Below are positions 40,859 to 53,293 of a DNA stretch of 64,000 nucleotides, in pieces (position 1 is the stretch's first letter; every line of letters begins with the position of its first letter). The translations under genes and the position numbers were made by a program. This DNA is from the human T2T-CHM13v2.0 reference genome, Homo sapiens: the NCBI RefSeq assembly GCF_009914755.1, contig NC_060935.1; one strand, given 5' to 3'. A model generated the notes under the pieces. The model searched no databases. It worked only from the letters and a program-made list of their open reading frames with translations, and was not told the origin of the DNA.

Positions 40859-40872
40859 TTCCACACAAGATA

Positions 40873-40876
<4 letters not shown>

Positions 40877-40926
<50 letters not shown>
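40877..40926. repeat. (GT)25 microsatellite
   Basis: Direct read. Confidence 0.97.
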
Positions 40927-40930
<4 letters not shown>

Positions 40931-41640
40931 AACCGCTCTGTTGAGATATCATTCACAGAGCATACAATTCACCCATACAAAATGTACAGTTCAGTGGTTT
41001 TTAGTATATTCACAAAGTTGTGCAGCCATCACCACAGTTGATTTTAAAACAGTTTTCATCATCCCCAAAAGAAATCCCACACCCTTTAGCTATCACTCCA
41101 ACAGCCTACCCCATTCCCCCGGCACTAATCTATTTTCTGTCTCAATGGATTTACCAATTCTGGATACTTTATATAAAGGGAATCATACAATATGTAGTTT
41201 TTTTGACTGGCTTCCTTCACTTAGTAATATTTTCAAGGCACATCCACGTCACAACATGAATCTGTACTTCATCCCTTTTCATGGCCAAATAATATTCCAT
41301 TGTCTGGAAATATCACATTATTTATCCATTCGTTTTGTTCATTAATGGACATTTGTGTTGTTTCTGCTTTTTGGCTATTAAGAATAATGCTGCTGTGAAC
41401 ATCCATGCATAAGTTTTTGCGTGGATGTATGTTTTCCTTTTTCTTGAGTAGATACCCAGGCATGAAATTGCTGGTAATTCTCTGTTTAACCTTTTGAGGA
41501 ACTGCTATATGCTGTTTTCCAAAGTGGCTGCCCCATTTTATATTTTCCCAGCAGCAATGAATGAGAGTCGATTTCTACATCCTGGACAGCACTATTCATT
41601 ATCTGTCTTTTTAATGATAGCCATCCTAGTGGGTGTGGTA
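40927..41640 (-). mobile_element. L1MB-type 3' fragment
   Basis: TTGAGATATCATTCACA...AATTCACCCAT...AGTATATTCACAAAGTTGTGCAGCCATCACCAC...GCCATCCTAGTGGGTGTG. Confidence 0.88.
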
Positions 41641-41767
41641 GGCGTGTTTTAACAACTAGGGTCCAGAGGAAATGAAAAGAGATGTTTGCATAATGATAAG
41701 ACTCTTGTCATCCCAAGTGTGCAAACAAAGCTGGATACACTTGGAGAAAGGCTACCTAGGGGCCCCT

Positions 41768-42079
41768 GGCTGGGAAGCTGCATGGGTGGGAGGCTGGATG
41801 GATGGGAGGCTGGGTGGGAGGCTGGCTGGGAGCTGGATGGGTGGGAGGCTGGATGGATGGGAGGCTGGATGGGTAGGAGGCTGGATGGATGGGAGGCTGG
41901 GTGGGTGGGAGGTTGGATGGATGGGAGGCCGGATGGGTAGGAGGCTGGATGGATGGGAGGCTGGATGGGTAGGAGGCTGAATGGATGGGAAGCTGGATGG
42001 GTGGGAGGCTGGATGGGTGGGAGGCTGAATGGATGGGAAGCTGGATGGGTGGGAGGCTGGATGGGTAGGAGGCTGGATG
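41768..42079. repeat. G-rich 16-bp minisatellite, ~19 units of GGATGGRTRGGAGGCT
   Basis: Units parsed directly; accounts for the long Pro/His/Ser- and Gly/Trp-rich ORFs. Confidence 0.95.
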
Positions 42080-45000
42080 AAAAGAGATCTAAAAGTCTTT
42101 GGCTCTGCCTTCCTAATCTTGGGGCTGGGTGGATTGGGGGAAGGCTTGAGGGTGGGGGGACATCCTGAAGAGGTCCCCCATCCTTGGAGTGAAGAGGAAC
42201 TGAGGGGAGGAGGGAAGGAGGATGCAGACGGTAGGCTTGTCTTCGTTGCCATTCTGCCACGGGCTTGTGTGGGCAGCAGAGTGGACTCAGGTGCTTTGGC
42301 TGGGCCCACGCTGCTGCCCAGTATGAGAGAACTGGTAGTGGCTGCAGAGGCCCCGGGAACTCTGGTGGCCTCCCTGCCCTGCCCACCCCATGCCTCCCGC
42401 TCCCTTCCTGCAAGGCTCACCGCCCATCTGTTCTTCCTCCCCATGACGCCAATGCCTGGCCTTTATGTTTCTGTCTTGCCATCCAAGCCCCACAGGAGGG
42501 ACTTTTCAACTCCCCAGGAATGTTCTCTCATGGAGGAGAAGTGAGCAGACTTGTGTGGGTGCTGTGACTTGGGTGGGTGGGCTCGTGGAATGGTCCTCTG
42601 GAGCTTGGGAGCTGCAACTGAAGCTTCCTCAGATGCAGCAGCCCCGTCTTGTTCTGCAGTGACAGTTCCCAAATACACAGCAAAGCCCCAGCTCAGGTCT
42701 CAGTGCTTGGGCTGTGGAAGCAGCACTCTCCTTCCTCCTTCCTCCGTTCTTCCTCATCCCACTTGCCACTCCCACCTGGCAAACCCGCCCCACAGCCCTC
42801 TCATGGACCAAGGGCTCTGTGTCTGCCAAGGCAGCCCGTTCCATCGCTGAGCCAGCCCTCTGTGGTAATCCTCATGACGTGCTGGGAGAACCCTGACACC
42901 CTGACCTATGTGACCTGCTTTCATCCTTAGGAAAATCTAAGGAAGGTAGGAGTGGGGAGATTGTTGCTCTTACTTTAGAGATGGGGTAAAGTTTATTCGG
43001 ATGACTTGTGCTACGTCATACAGAGGCAAGTGTCATAGTCAGGACTGAAAGCCAGCCTCTGGGTTCTGGTCCAGTCATCCACTATCCAGGTGCTCAGGCC
43101 AAAAACTTGAACATCATCCCTGACTCCTCTCTCTCACAGCCCCAAGTAAACTGTCAGAAAATCCCATTGATTCTTTCTTCAAAACATGCCTTTAACCTCA
43201 CGCCTTCTTGTCCCCGCCACCATGGTCCAAATCACCATTTTCTTTCACGTGGTGCTTGCAAACGCCTCTTCCCCATGTCAATCCCAGCCCCTCACTGACC
43301 TCCACACACAGGTCACTCTCCAGGCGTTTCCTTTGTTGTGCCTGAGGTTCTTTCTCCATCCTCAGTTTCCCCTGGCACAGCGTGGGGCACAGACTTGCAA
43401 CTCACTGAGATGTGTCATGTCACAGAACTGAGATGAGATTTGTTCCCTGCTGTGTGTGTGTTTGTGTGCATGTGTGTACATATATGTCCATGAGCACATA
43501 TGTCTGTGCTCAACCAAAATAATACAAAGGCCAGACACATAGCCGTAACTCTTGAAAAAAGCTTATTTGGTCTGTACTATTTTATTTTGATAGAGGGGAA
43601 TACACACATTGCATTTTGCAGCAAATCAGGTTAAGAACCACTCCATCTGGCAGGGCAAGTTTGCCTGTTTCCAATAGGGGTAGGCCACATCTCAATTCCC
43701 CAGCCATCCAGCCAAGTACGCTGGGTCTGATCAGATGCCAGGACTGGGGACTAGTTGACCCCAGGGTCCTGGAGAAAGATCACTCATGACACAGATGGCT
43801 GGGTGCCACCTTCTCCCCACCCTTAATGATGGAGCCTCATCACTCACAAGGCTGCAGGCATTGCTGGGGAGGGGGCAACCCCAGTCTTAGCTCTTTATCT
43901 TTCAAGTCTGATTTCAGCATCCTCTGCGATCACATTAGTGCAAGGATGTCTCTTATGGTTAGTTGCCTGCATCCAAGATGAGGATATAATGACTTCCCCT
44001 GTGTCTCACACCCAGCCCCACCGAACAGATGCGCACACTGCCTGCACACAGAGCTGCCATGTGACTGTAGCAGCCCTCCCATGTGACCTGGCCAGTGGGT
44101 ACTGACTGTGGAGGCTTTGTAATTGTCTGGGAAGGGAATGGAGGGACTCGGGCAGCATGGGCTGTGGAGTGATAGATCAGAACCTTCTTAACCTCCAATA
44201 CTAGAGGGCCCCGACTCAGAAGAGGGAGACAGACTCGGGCTGGGGAGCACTCACAACTGCACCCCCACCAACTCCAATTCCTGCCCCATGATGCAGAGGA
44301 ACTGAGGCCTGCGACCGGCTCTATGCCCCATTCTAGGTCCCATCTCAGGGCTTGCCTCCCTCATGGAATGAAGGGAGGAAACACGCATCTATGGTGCACC
44401 TACTGCATATCGTACCCAGCCAGGCCCTTCATGGTGCTGAGAAGAGGTACTATTGAGTCCGTCTTACCCACGAGGGAAACTGAGACTCAGGGACCTCATG
44501 GTACACACCTGGTAAGTGGTTGGGCTGGGATCCCAAGCTATGTCTTCTGCCACCAAGCTAGCAGTCTCCTGCTACCCCACCCTGCCTCTCCCCACTCCAA
44601 CAGCCCCTGGTGACAGCTCCCTTTTCTGAACATCGATGGCAGTCATCTCTACCTCACCTGCCCTTACCATTGCCCTTGAATTATTTCTGGTTTGTAATCC
44701 CCAACCCCAACCACACTGGATCATAAAGCCTAAAGAGCAGACGGCATGACTTAGGCTCCTGCGGTATCTGAGTCTCTAGCCCACTTTTGGACACCATAGT
44801 GCTAGCCACTGCAAGGAGTGCTTTCATCCCCACAGTGCCCCTCTGAGGCTCTGAACCACTCTTCTTCCTATCTCACACCTGCCATCCTCTTTTTTTTTCT
44901 TGCTTGAGCTCTGGTCCTATGTGCAAAAATTTGCCCTTCTAGGTGGGTCTGTGTATAAGTCTGACACCCACAGGTCACAGTCTGGAGGCACAGTCTGGAG

Positions 45001-46659
45001 GACAAATAAGGGGAACTGTCAGGCCCCACTGCCAACATGCTCAGTAGGACACTAGACCAGCAAAGCCACAAAGGTGGCTGCTGGGAGAGCAGGGGCACCA
45101 GGTGCCTGGCGAGGGGCTGGAAGGAGCAATGGTGAGACACAGTGGGGCTGTATCCCTGTGGATGGACAGCAGTGCCTGAGGGAGCCCTTCCATCCCTGCC
45201 CATAGTTGCAGTGGCCCAGAGTGGGATCTGTGGCTCCTGGCTGCTTCTTGGGCCAGTGGATTGTCACGATCCTGGCTCAGATGAAGACGTCAGACTGGCG
45301 GGGCTGAGAAACACCCCTGGTGATTCCCATCTCACTCTTGGATTCCTTCATCCCCTTTCCACCTCCAACCCTTTGTCCAGAGCACCCTTCCTGGCCCACA
45401 CTGCCAAAGCTGTCTTGTGTTCAGGCAGCTTGGGAGATATTGCTTACCCCAGGAAGCCCTCAGGGAGTAAAAGGAAGAGACGCCAGGACAGTTTTCCCCA
45501 ACCTTCCTCACCAGAAACGCAAAACTCCTTTGATTTGCCTGTATTGCAATCTTCACTGAAACCTTTAACCCTCCGCCTGCAGGGATTTCAGACTTTGCCT
45601 CTGGTGTACTTGTTACCTAGTTCTGAGTCTGAATTTATCTACCTTGCGTTCTCTTTATGTCTCCTTGTTTCCATGTAGTTCTCTTTGAAGCTTTTATGGG
45701 GCTAGTTTAAGATCCAGAGAAAGAAGTGCAACTTCACACAGAAGCTTGTAAACTTATGGACCATCTAACCTCAAGAGGTGGGACAAGCAGAAAATATAAA
45801 TAGCTTCTGAAAGGGTTCGACTCAATTCATGGGTGTCAGGACTGGGATGGAGAACTGAAGAAAACCAAAGTGACTGTGTGTGCATGTCTGATTGTGTGTT
45901 TGTGTGTGTATGTGGGGAGGACGTACTATCCCCCTGTAAACATTCCTGTCTTTTGTACCATCTCCCTCCCCTTGGAGGTTAGCATGGAGGAGGAAAACAC
46001 AACCCCTCCCTGTGAGGCTGACCCTTCAAAGAATTCTGCAAATGTACCTTTTATTTTAATTTTTCTGGAGGGTGAGAGATTTTTTCTGAATGCCTTTCAT
46101 TCATTTCCCCAGCTCATCGAAGGTGAGCTGCCACATCGTTTTTAAAAGACAGATCCTACCCAATTTAAGGCTGTGCCGTCTTGGGTGAGTGGGGCGGTCC
46201 ACTCTGAGCCTCACGCACCAGCCCAGACCCTCATCTCCTGCAGGGGAGGAGTGGGGGGTGCCCTCACTCCCCAGAAACAATGCTCGGGTGATCACCCAGG
46301 CACCATCCCTCTCGCCACCAGCACTTATACCGCCGTCATCACCATCAGGCTCCAGTGTCCTCACACATCCTCTCACATGACCCCTGTCACCCTCTGGGGT
46401 GAGCTGGCCAAGCATTACTTGCATTCCACAGGGGAAGAAGGAGAGTTGAAAAAAGACCATGCCCCATTCTCAGACAGAAGGTGGCAGGTGGCAGAGCTGG
46501 AACGTTCAGCCCAAGCCCATTTGAGGTAGGGGGCATGGAGAGGCCCCCTCAGTCCATAAAACTACTGTCGGGGAAGAGGCTGGCAGGTCTCCTGCCTGCC
46601 TTCCCCAGTTCCTATCCCAAGAGCCCGCCTTCTTTCTGGGGCAGACTCCTTGCAGGAAG

Positions 46660-47640
46660 GGGCCCGTGATGAAGTCCTGGGCTCAGGGCCGCCCGGTCGG
46701 CCTGCCCCTTGACTCGGGCGCTTCCTCTCTCTCCAGAAAAACCCACTTCACAGCCACCCCCACCAAGTCTCGAAAGGCTCCAGGAACAAGATCCAAAGCC
46801 TCCTCCGAGGAAACAAGCGGATATTTTAGAATCCCAAAGTGCAAGAAGTCCCCGACTCCAGCCCTCATTTTAAAGGCGGGAGTGCAAAGGGGATTTCTGC
46901 GCACGGCACCTGGTTTTCCGAGCTGTGCTCACTTTTCCTGAGAGCCGAGGTGGGCAATGTATCCGACCTGCTCCCAGGCCCCAAAAGATGCTAGTGTGCC
47001 CATGCACATCCACGCATGTGAGCTGGCACCCCAAGCACGCCCTCCACACTGCTCTCTTGCCCTAAATTGAGCCCAATTAGAAAGTTTTCTTTCCTTCCTC
47101 CCTCCCACAGACGACATCCATCACTTTCCCCAGCAGAGGCGAGGCGGCCACAACGCCTTCCTAGGGTTTATTAAATACGTTCAAGAGCCTATTTGTAGCT
47201 GTCAGGGAGAGGCCGAGGGGGAGCCGCGGAGTCCGCTCAGCCGTGCAGCCTCCCTCTCAACCTCTAGGGCAGGGGACCCCCCCTCTGGCAATGTTCCTCT
47301 GCACCAGGTGGAGCTGAAGGGGCACCCCCAGCCCCTGTGCGGTAGACTCCACTCTCAAATAGCTACCAGGGACTATGGTTGGTGTGGTCAAGGGATCTCA
47401 GCAGGGCTGGCTGGCCAAGGACTGAACCCGCCGGGGCAGCGTCCTCTGCACCTCACCCACGCTGACCTCACCTCAAACAGCTCAGGAAAGAAAAAGCACA
47501 CTCACGCTCTGTCCCAGACCCCGCAGGCCGCCTCAGAGTCACAGACAGGGCCTGGGAACCCCCGGTGTGGGGCCCACGCTCCCCGAGGTGGGATGACCAG
47601 GCTCAGTAAAGCCTCGGCTTCACCTGCAGGAACACGGCTT
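46660..47640. promoter_or_regulatory. CpG-enriched regulatory-like segment (weak CpG island)
   Basis: Local CpG retention (GGCCGCCCGGTCGG, CCGCGG, GCGAGGCGGCC) with embedded CCCAATTAG and TTTATTAAATA. Confidence 0.4.
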
Positions 47641-48058
47641 GAGAGAGCCCCCACAGTGGTGGTTCATGTCTCAGCATGGAAGGAAAATGCTTTCCATGAG
47701 ACCTGCAGGGCTTCCCTGGCCCAGGCAAGGATATCTGTAGATGGTCACAGCCCCAAAGGATCTCAGGGGCCCTAGAAACTCCCTCCCAGTTTGATGGATA
47801 AGAACGAGTTCCAGAGAGAGAAAGGGGGTTTCTTGGGGTCTCCCACCCCAGCTTCTCCTCAGCATCCCTTTATCTGAGGATCTAGGACAACTGAGGCTGA
47901 TTTTCTCTCCTCCCTGGAATTAAAAGGGGTGAGGAGAGAAATTCCAGGGAAGGTTGGGACTGGAACCATGAGAGCCCAACTTCCTGATTTTGTGAGACAT
48001 TTTTTCTTTATTATGAAATATTTCAAATCTGCGGACCAGCATAAAGAATTATATACCC

Positions 48059-48486
48059 TTTGCCCACTTTTTGATGGGGTTCTGGATTAAGAAAATGTGG
48101 CACATATACACCATGGAATACTATGCAGCCATAAAAAATGACGAGTTCATGTCTTTTGTAGGGACATGGATGAAATTGGAAATCATCATTCTCAGCAAAC
48201 TATCGCAAGAACAAAAAACCAAACACCGCATATTCTCACTCATAGGTGGGAATTGAACAATGAGAACACATGGACACAGGAAGGGGAACATCACACTCTG
48301 GGGACTGTGGTGGGGTGGGGGGAGGGGGGAGGGATAGCATTGGGAGATATACCTAATGCTAGATGACGAGTTAGTGGGTGCAGTGCACCAGCATGGCACA
48401 TGTATACATATGTAACTAACCTGTACATTGTGCACATGTACCCTAAAACTTAAAGTATAATAATAAATAAATAAATAAAAGAAAAA
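48059..48486 (+). mobile_element. L1PA2-like 5'-truncated, 5'-inverted LINE-1 (ORF2 C-terminus + 3'UTR + poly(A))
   Basis: Peptide WIKKMWHIYTMEYYAAIKNDEFMSFVGTWMKLEIIILSKLSQEQKTKHRIFSLIGGN; 3'UTR GATGACGAG and CTTAAAGT (non-Ta diagnostics); 16-bp TSD AAAGAATTATATACCC at 48043-48058 and 48487-48502. Confidence 0.95.
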
Positions 48487-49149
48487 AAAGAATTATATAC
48501 CCAACATCTGTGTACCCAATATACAGTATTAACAAATCCTAATAACTTGAGTGATTTCTATTTTCAAATGTGGTATTAGCTGCGATATGGTTAGCTGAAT
48601 TTTTACAGCTCTTTTCAAATGTAAAATAATTTTATTCTTTTCAATAAAGGCATTTCATTAAATGTATAACCAGGATTTAATTTTTAGACCTTGGAAGACT
48701 CCATTTAAATACATTCAAAGTCAGAAAAAAAAGTCCTCTGTCAGACCACAAGTCCTGATTTTTTTTTTTATTGCAAAAATATAGTCTGCAGCCGTGGCCT
48801 GGCCAGATGGGAAGGGAGGGAGGTGGCTGCAGAGTCCCGGGACTCCCTGGAGAGGTGTGGAATCCCAGGGAAAGGTTTTCTGTCAAGCTCTCGAGATGGA
48901 GCCCTCACCCAGAATGTTTGATGAGGCCAGAAGTGCCTGATGGGAAGGGAGGCATGGGTGGGAAGTCTGATCTTGGAAGGGGTCTCTGCTGGGATCCCCC
49001 CCAAGTCCTACTCAGAGTCCCTCGCTTCCTTCCCCTTACCAACCTCACCTCCCAGAACATTTCTGTCTCCTGATACTGTCAGCTGTTTCTTACCTCTTAG
49101 CTTTATTTAGCATCTACTATGTGCACCTGCCAAAGTGTTAACAGATTAA

Positions 49150-49360
49150 TGAGTGTGTGGGAGTCCCTCAGACCAGCTCAGACAGCCAACTGTGCATTTC
49201 TTCCCAATCCCACGGTTAGTGACATCGTGTTGGTAGCTTGCAATTGGCCATGGTAGAAGTAATTACACCATGGAAATCAGTCCGCAAACACTACCAGTCA
49301 ATCAGGGCTTTCCCCAACTCCCCAAGAGCTAGCTGTTAAACCTTCACCAGCAGGCCACGG
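49150..49360. mobile_element. MER63-like DNA transposon
   Basis: AGTGACATCGTGTTGGTAGCTTGCAATTGGCCATGG...TACACCATGGAAAT...AATCAGGGC...GTTAAACCTTCACCAGC. Confidence 0.7.
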
Positions 49361-51569
49361 GTATTAACGTCCCAAGAATATATGAGTTCAAAAGAGGTCT
49401 CCTAGAGAGAGAGAGAGGAAAAAAAAAAAAACAAATCCAGAAACCAACATGGAGGAACCAAAGGAATTCATCACAAATTATCAAATTTCAGGTCCCAGAC
49501 TGATCGTGACGTGAGTTTGATCTCAGTAAGCAGCCACTACTTAGCATTTCTGTGGCTGCATAGGTTCCTAGAAGGGATCTTGTCCAATCCTCTCATGTTT
49601 GAAAGCAAAATGATGTCCAGAAAGATGACACAGCTTGTTAAGGACACAGGTGGGTTTATAACTCCCATCTTCCTTTCCTACGCCTACTCCTGAGCCTGCT
49701 CACCAGAGCTGGAGGTGGAGAGGGGCTCACATGAGGCAAGAGTCCAAGTGACCTCTCAGCAAAGACATAGACATGGGAAAGAAGGTGCATGGAGCCCTTC
49801 CCATTCCCTTGCCCTTACGCTGCTCCCCCAGGAAAGGCTGGGCATCTAGCAGGTGCTTAGCAAAGCCTTGAATTGAGTCAGGCTAATGAGCCAGGTGGGC
49901 AGTGTTGGGGTGGTCTGTGCAGGAGTCCACTCCCAGCAAGCATGAGTGATGGCAAACAGAGGGCTGGGCCACAGGGACAGCCAGCTGCTCAGGTTGTCAC
50001 TTAGCCAGCCCTTCCCAGGAGCGTATTTCTCAGAGTCAGAGGGCAGCCAAGGCTCCAAGACCTAGGTGTGAGCCACAGGTCAACGGGCATAAAGAACAAG
50101 CAAACTGGTGCCACTCCAGGCTGAGGCCTGATAGTGAGGAAGAAACTTACAGGAAAGCAAAGGGCTGGGGAGAGAGGACTTGGGGAGTAGGGATGAAAGA
50201 AGGCAGGAGACAAATGGAGAAAGGGAAGGGGGATGAGGAGGGAGACTCACTCTGATTAGCAGAAAGCAAAAGGGAAGCAGGATATCTAAAGGGAACAACA
50301 CAAAGAGAAGATACAGTGGAGGGAGAGAGAGCAAGAAAGACCAAGAGGGAGTTCAGGAAAGAGAAGGATGGGGAGCAAGGAGACTTGTCCCCAGGGAACC
50401 CTTCTTGCCTTGGCCTTTTCTCAGACCTCCTCCCCTTTGTGCCCCACCAACCCCCAGCAGCACAAGTGACCCTGTGCCCTTGTGGCCATGTCACGTCCCG
50501 CCGGCACGATGGGGCTTCTGGTCCATCAGTAAAGAAGCAAACTCAGAGCAGTGTCCCACAACAGACACCCAGCTCAGAAGCAGCCCTGGTGGGTGGTCGT
50601 GCCAGTCAGCCCTGCATGGGGGCTCTGCCCAGCCACACCCACAAGTGACCAGCACCGCCCTCTCCCAAATCCCCTTGATCTCCCTTTCTCCACCAGCACC
50701 ATCTGTGCCCGTCTTTACGCACTCATTCCCCCATCTCAGAGGGGGGCCTCAGTGACCTGGAAAGCAGACCTGGTTTTTCTGCCCAGCTGTGTGTCCATGG
50801 GGTGAATTACTTCCACTCTGGAAACCCAGGGGAAGGGGTGAGGGTGGTGTCCAGGGTGCTCCTGGGTCTCCCCAGCAGGGGCCGGCTCAAGGTTGAGTTG
50901 TAACAATTTCCTGAGCGCCAAAGCCCTTTATGAAGGTGAATGAAAGCAACGCAGGACCCGCTTCCACGCAGTTCACCTCTGCCCCCCTTGGATCACGCAG
51001 CAGCCAAGTTCAATTCCTTGTGTGTCAGAAGAAATAAAACGTGATCAAAGAAAAGGAGAAAGGATTCTAGAACGTGGAAGCAGTGGGCCCTATAAGGGGA
51101 AGAGCACAGGCTTTGGGGTCAGACAGACCTGTGTGTGTGGCTGTCTCAGCCCTTTCATCATGGGTCACAGAGCAATTCACTTCCTCTGCAAGATGGGAAC
51201 AGCGGTAATACCTCACCCCTTGGTTGTGCAGAGTTGGAAAGAACACACAGCCAGACACCTGGTGCACACTCTGCCTCCTGGTAGCTGCTCCATAAATGTT
51301 TATTCTCCTCTCCAGCACCTAACCCCAGGCTTTAGCAATCCAGGTGGCCCAGAATCCAAGGCGGCGCCTTCTCCAGAGATAGGAGGTAAAATCTCTGCAA
51401 AGCCAAATGCTTAGTGCTTCCTGGGAAGGCAAGTGCCTGCCACAGAGAATCAGACCAAAGATGAGGAATGTGACATTCCCACCAGCTCAGGCCTAATGTA
51501 GAACAGCAAATAACAACTAAATCTTAAGCATCTACTCTGGCCAGGATTGTTCTGAATGCTTTACTTATC

Positions 51570-51598
51570 TCTCTCTCCCTCTCGCTCTCTCTCTCTCC

Positions 51599-51658
<60 letters not shown>

Positions 51659-51936
51659 TTTTAGACAGAATTTCGCTCTTGTCACCCAGGCTTGAGTGCA
51701 ATGGCATGATCTCGGCTCACTGCAACCTCCGCCTCCCAGGGTTAAAGCAAGCCTCCTGCCTCAGCCACCCCAGCAGCTAGGATTACAGGCGTGCACCCCC
51801 ACACCAGGCTAATTTTTGTATTTTTAGTAGAGACGAGGTTTCACCACATTGGCCAGGCTGGTCTCGAACTCCTGACCTCAGGTGATCTGCCCGCCTTGGC
51901 CTCCCAAAGTGCTGGCATAAGCCACCATGCCCCGCC
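51570..51936 (-). mobile_element. Alu (AluSp/Sq-like) whose tail is a compound (CT)n(AT)n(GT)n microsatellite
   Basis: AGACAGAATTTCGCTCTTGTCACCCAGG...; ACTTATC direct repeat at 51563-51569 and 51938-51944. Confidence 0.92.
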
Positions 51937-52654
51937 AACTTATCACTATTTTTGCAGGCCCAAAGAGAAAGCCTTTCCCTTAAAATTGGTCTCTCCAGCC
52001 CTGATAAGTTCCCCGTCTCCACTAGCCATATGCCTGTTCTTGCAGGTGCCAAAGTTCAAAATGTTAATATCTTTGACTCTCCCATCTCCCTGGCAGCTTC
52101 CCGTGGTCACCAGGGCTTGGCTCTGCATCTCTCCTCTCCTTCTGGGCCCCACTGTGACCCCACCACTCTTCTTCATTGATCTCCCTGCTCTGGGCTCGTC
52201 CCTACCAAACCCCTGTGAACTAATGGCCCACTTTATTGTAAGAGTTATTGTCTTAAAATAGCACGGGTTGAGAAAATTTCCACAATGGCTATTGAATAAT
52301 GCAGGAATTCCTTGGTCCTAAACCTGTTCTCAACCTACCTTTCTGGACCTATCCGTAGGTTCCCTCTCCCTGAACAGGTCCAGGCAGTTCTCACAGGGAG
52401 ATTTGTGCTCCTTCCGTGCCTCCGCCCCAGCCTGCCAAGTGCTTCCTCCTTCCTCTGCTCATCGGAACCATGGCCTCCCCAGGAGTTGCCTCTTGATGTG
52501 CTGCCTTGACCCTTCCTCATTGGAACCCCTTGCTTGGCTCAACCTGTCCTCCCTTTGGCTGGCAGGGCATTCTGGGGCACTGAGCAGCGGTTGGCACAGG
52601 CTAGGCCACTAACTGGGTTTCAGTTTCCTCTTTTTAGGAACCAGGCAAGGGACT

Positions 52655-52838
52655 AGAGCTGTGGTCCCCAGATACGGCTCCTCACTGGCATTATCTGTGA
52701 ACTTCCAAAAAACACGGGTTCCCAGGCCCCGCCCTGTGCCTTCTCAGTCTGGATCTCCAGGGTGCGGCCCAGGAATTTGTGTCTGCCCACTCCCCACATG
52801 ATTCTGAGGTGCTGCCAGGTTTGGCAGGACCTCAGCTA
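52655..52838. mobile_element. MER5-type DNA transposon
   Basis: TTCCCAGGCCCCGCCC...TCTCCAGGGTGCGGCCCAGGAATTTGTGT...TGATTCTGAGGTGC. Confidence 0.7.
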
Positions 52839-53220
52839 GAGATGCTTCACGTATGGACTGCCTCGTGTCAAAGGCTTTGCAGGCCCTCAGGCTGAAGAGG
52901 ATAGGGCCCGGGTTTCTTCTGCATGTTGCCAGGATCCAGTTATGGGATTCAGAAGATACTCCACAGATGTTAGTTGAAGAAATGAATGAATGAATGAATG
53001 AATGGCCTGAAGAGATGCAGCTGCGGTTCTCTGAGAAACTGTCCTCTCCAGCTCTTTTCCAGGACAATTAGGTAGAAAGTCAGAAGAGATCACATGCAGC
53101 CTCGTGCAAAGAGGCTGTCAGAGCCTCTGCCAGTCTGAACACACACTTGGTGGAAGGTCACAGTACCGAGCTGGTGATCTGAGGCTGCCCTTGGAGTCCA
53201 TCTGAGTCATTCTGTTTAAA

Positions 53221-53233
53221 GTGTGTGTGTCTA

Positions 53234-53291
<58 letters not shown>

Positions 53292-53293
53292 TG
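53221..53293. repeat. (TG)n/(CG)n microsatellite
   Basis: Direct read. Confidence 0.95.

Noticed and set aside
41649-42544. Longest ORFs (254, 230 and 171 aa)
   Set aside because: They arise from the 16-bp minisatellite and flanking GC-rich DNA; low-complexity peptides with no recognisable domain.
48071-48256. ORF matching a real protein
   Set aside because: It is the C-terminal remnant of LINE-1 ORF2p in a truncated insertion, not a host gene.
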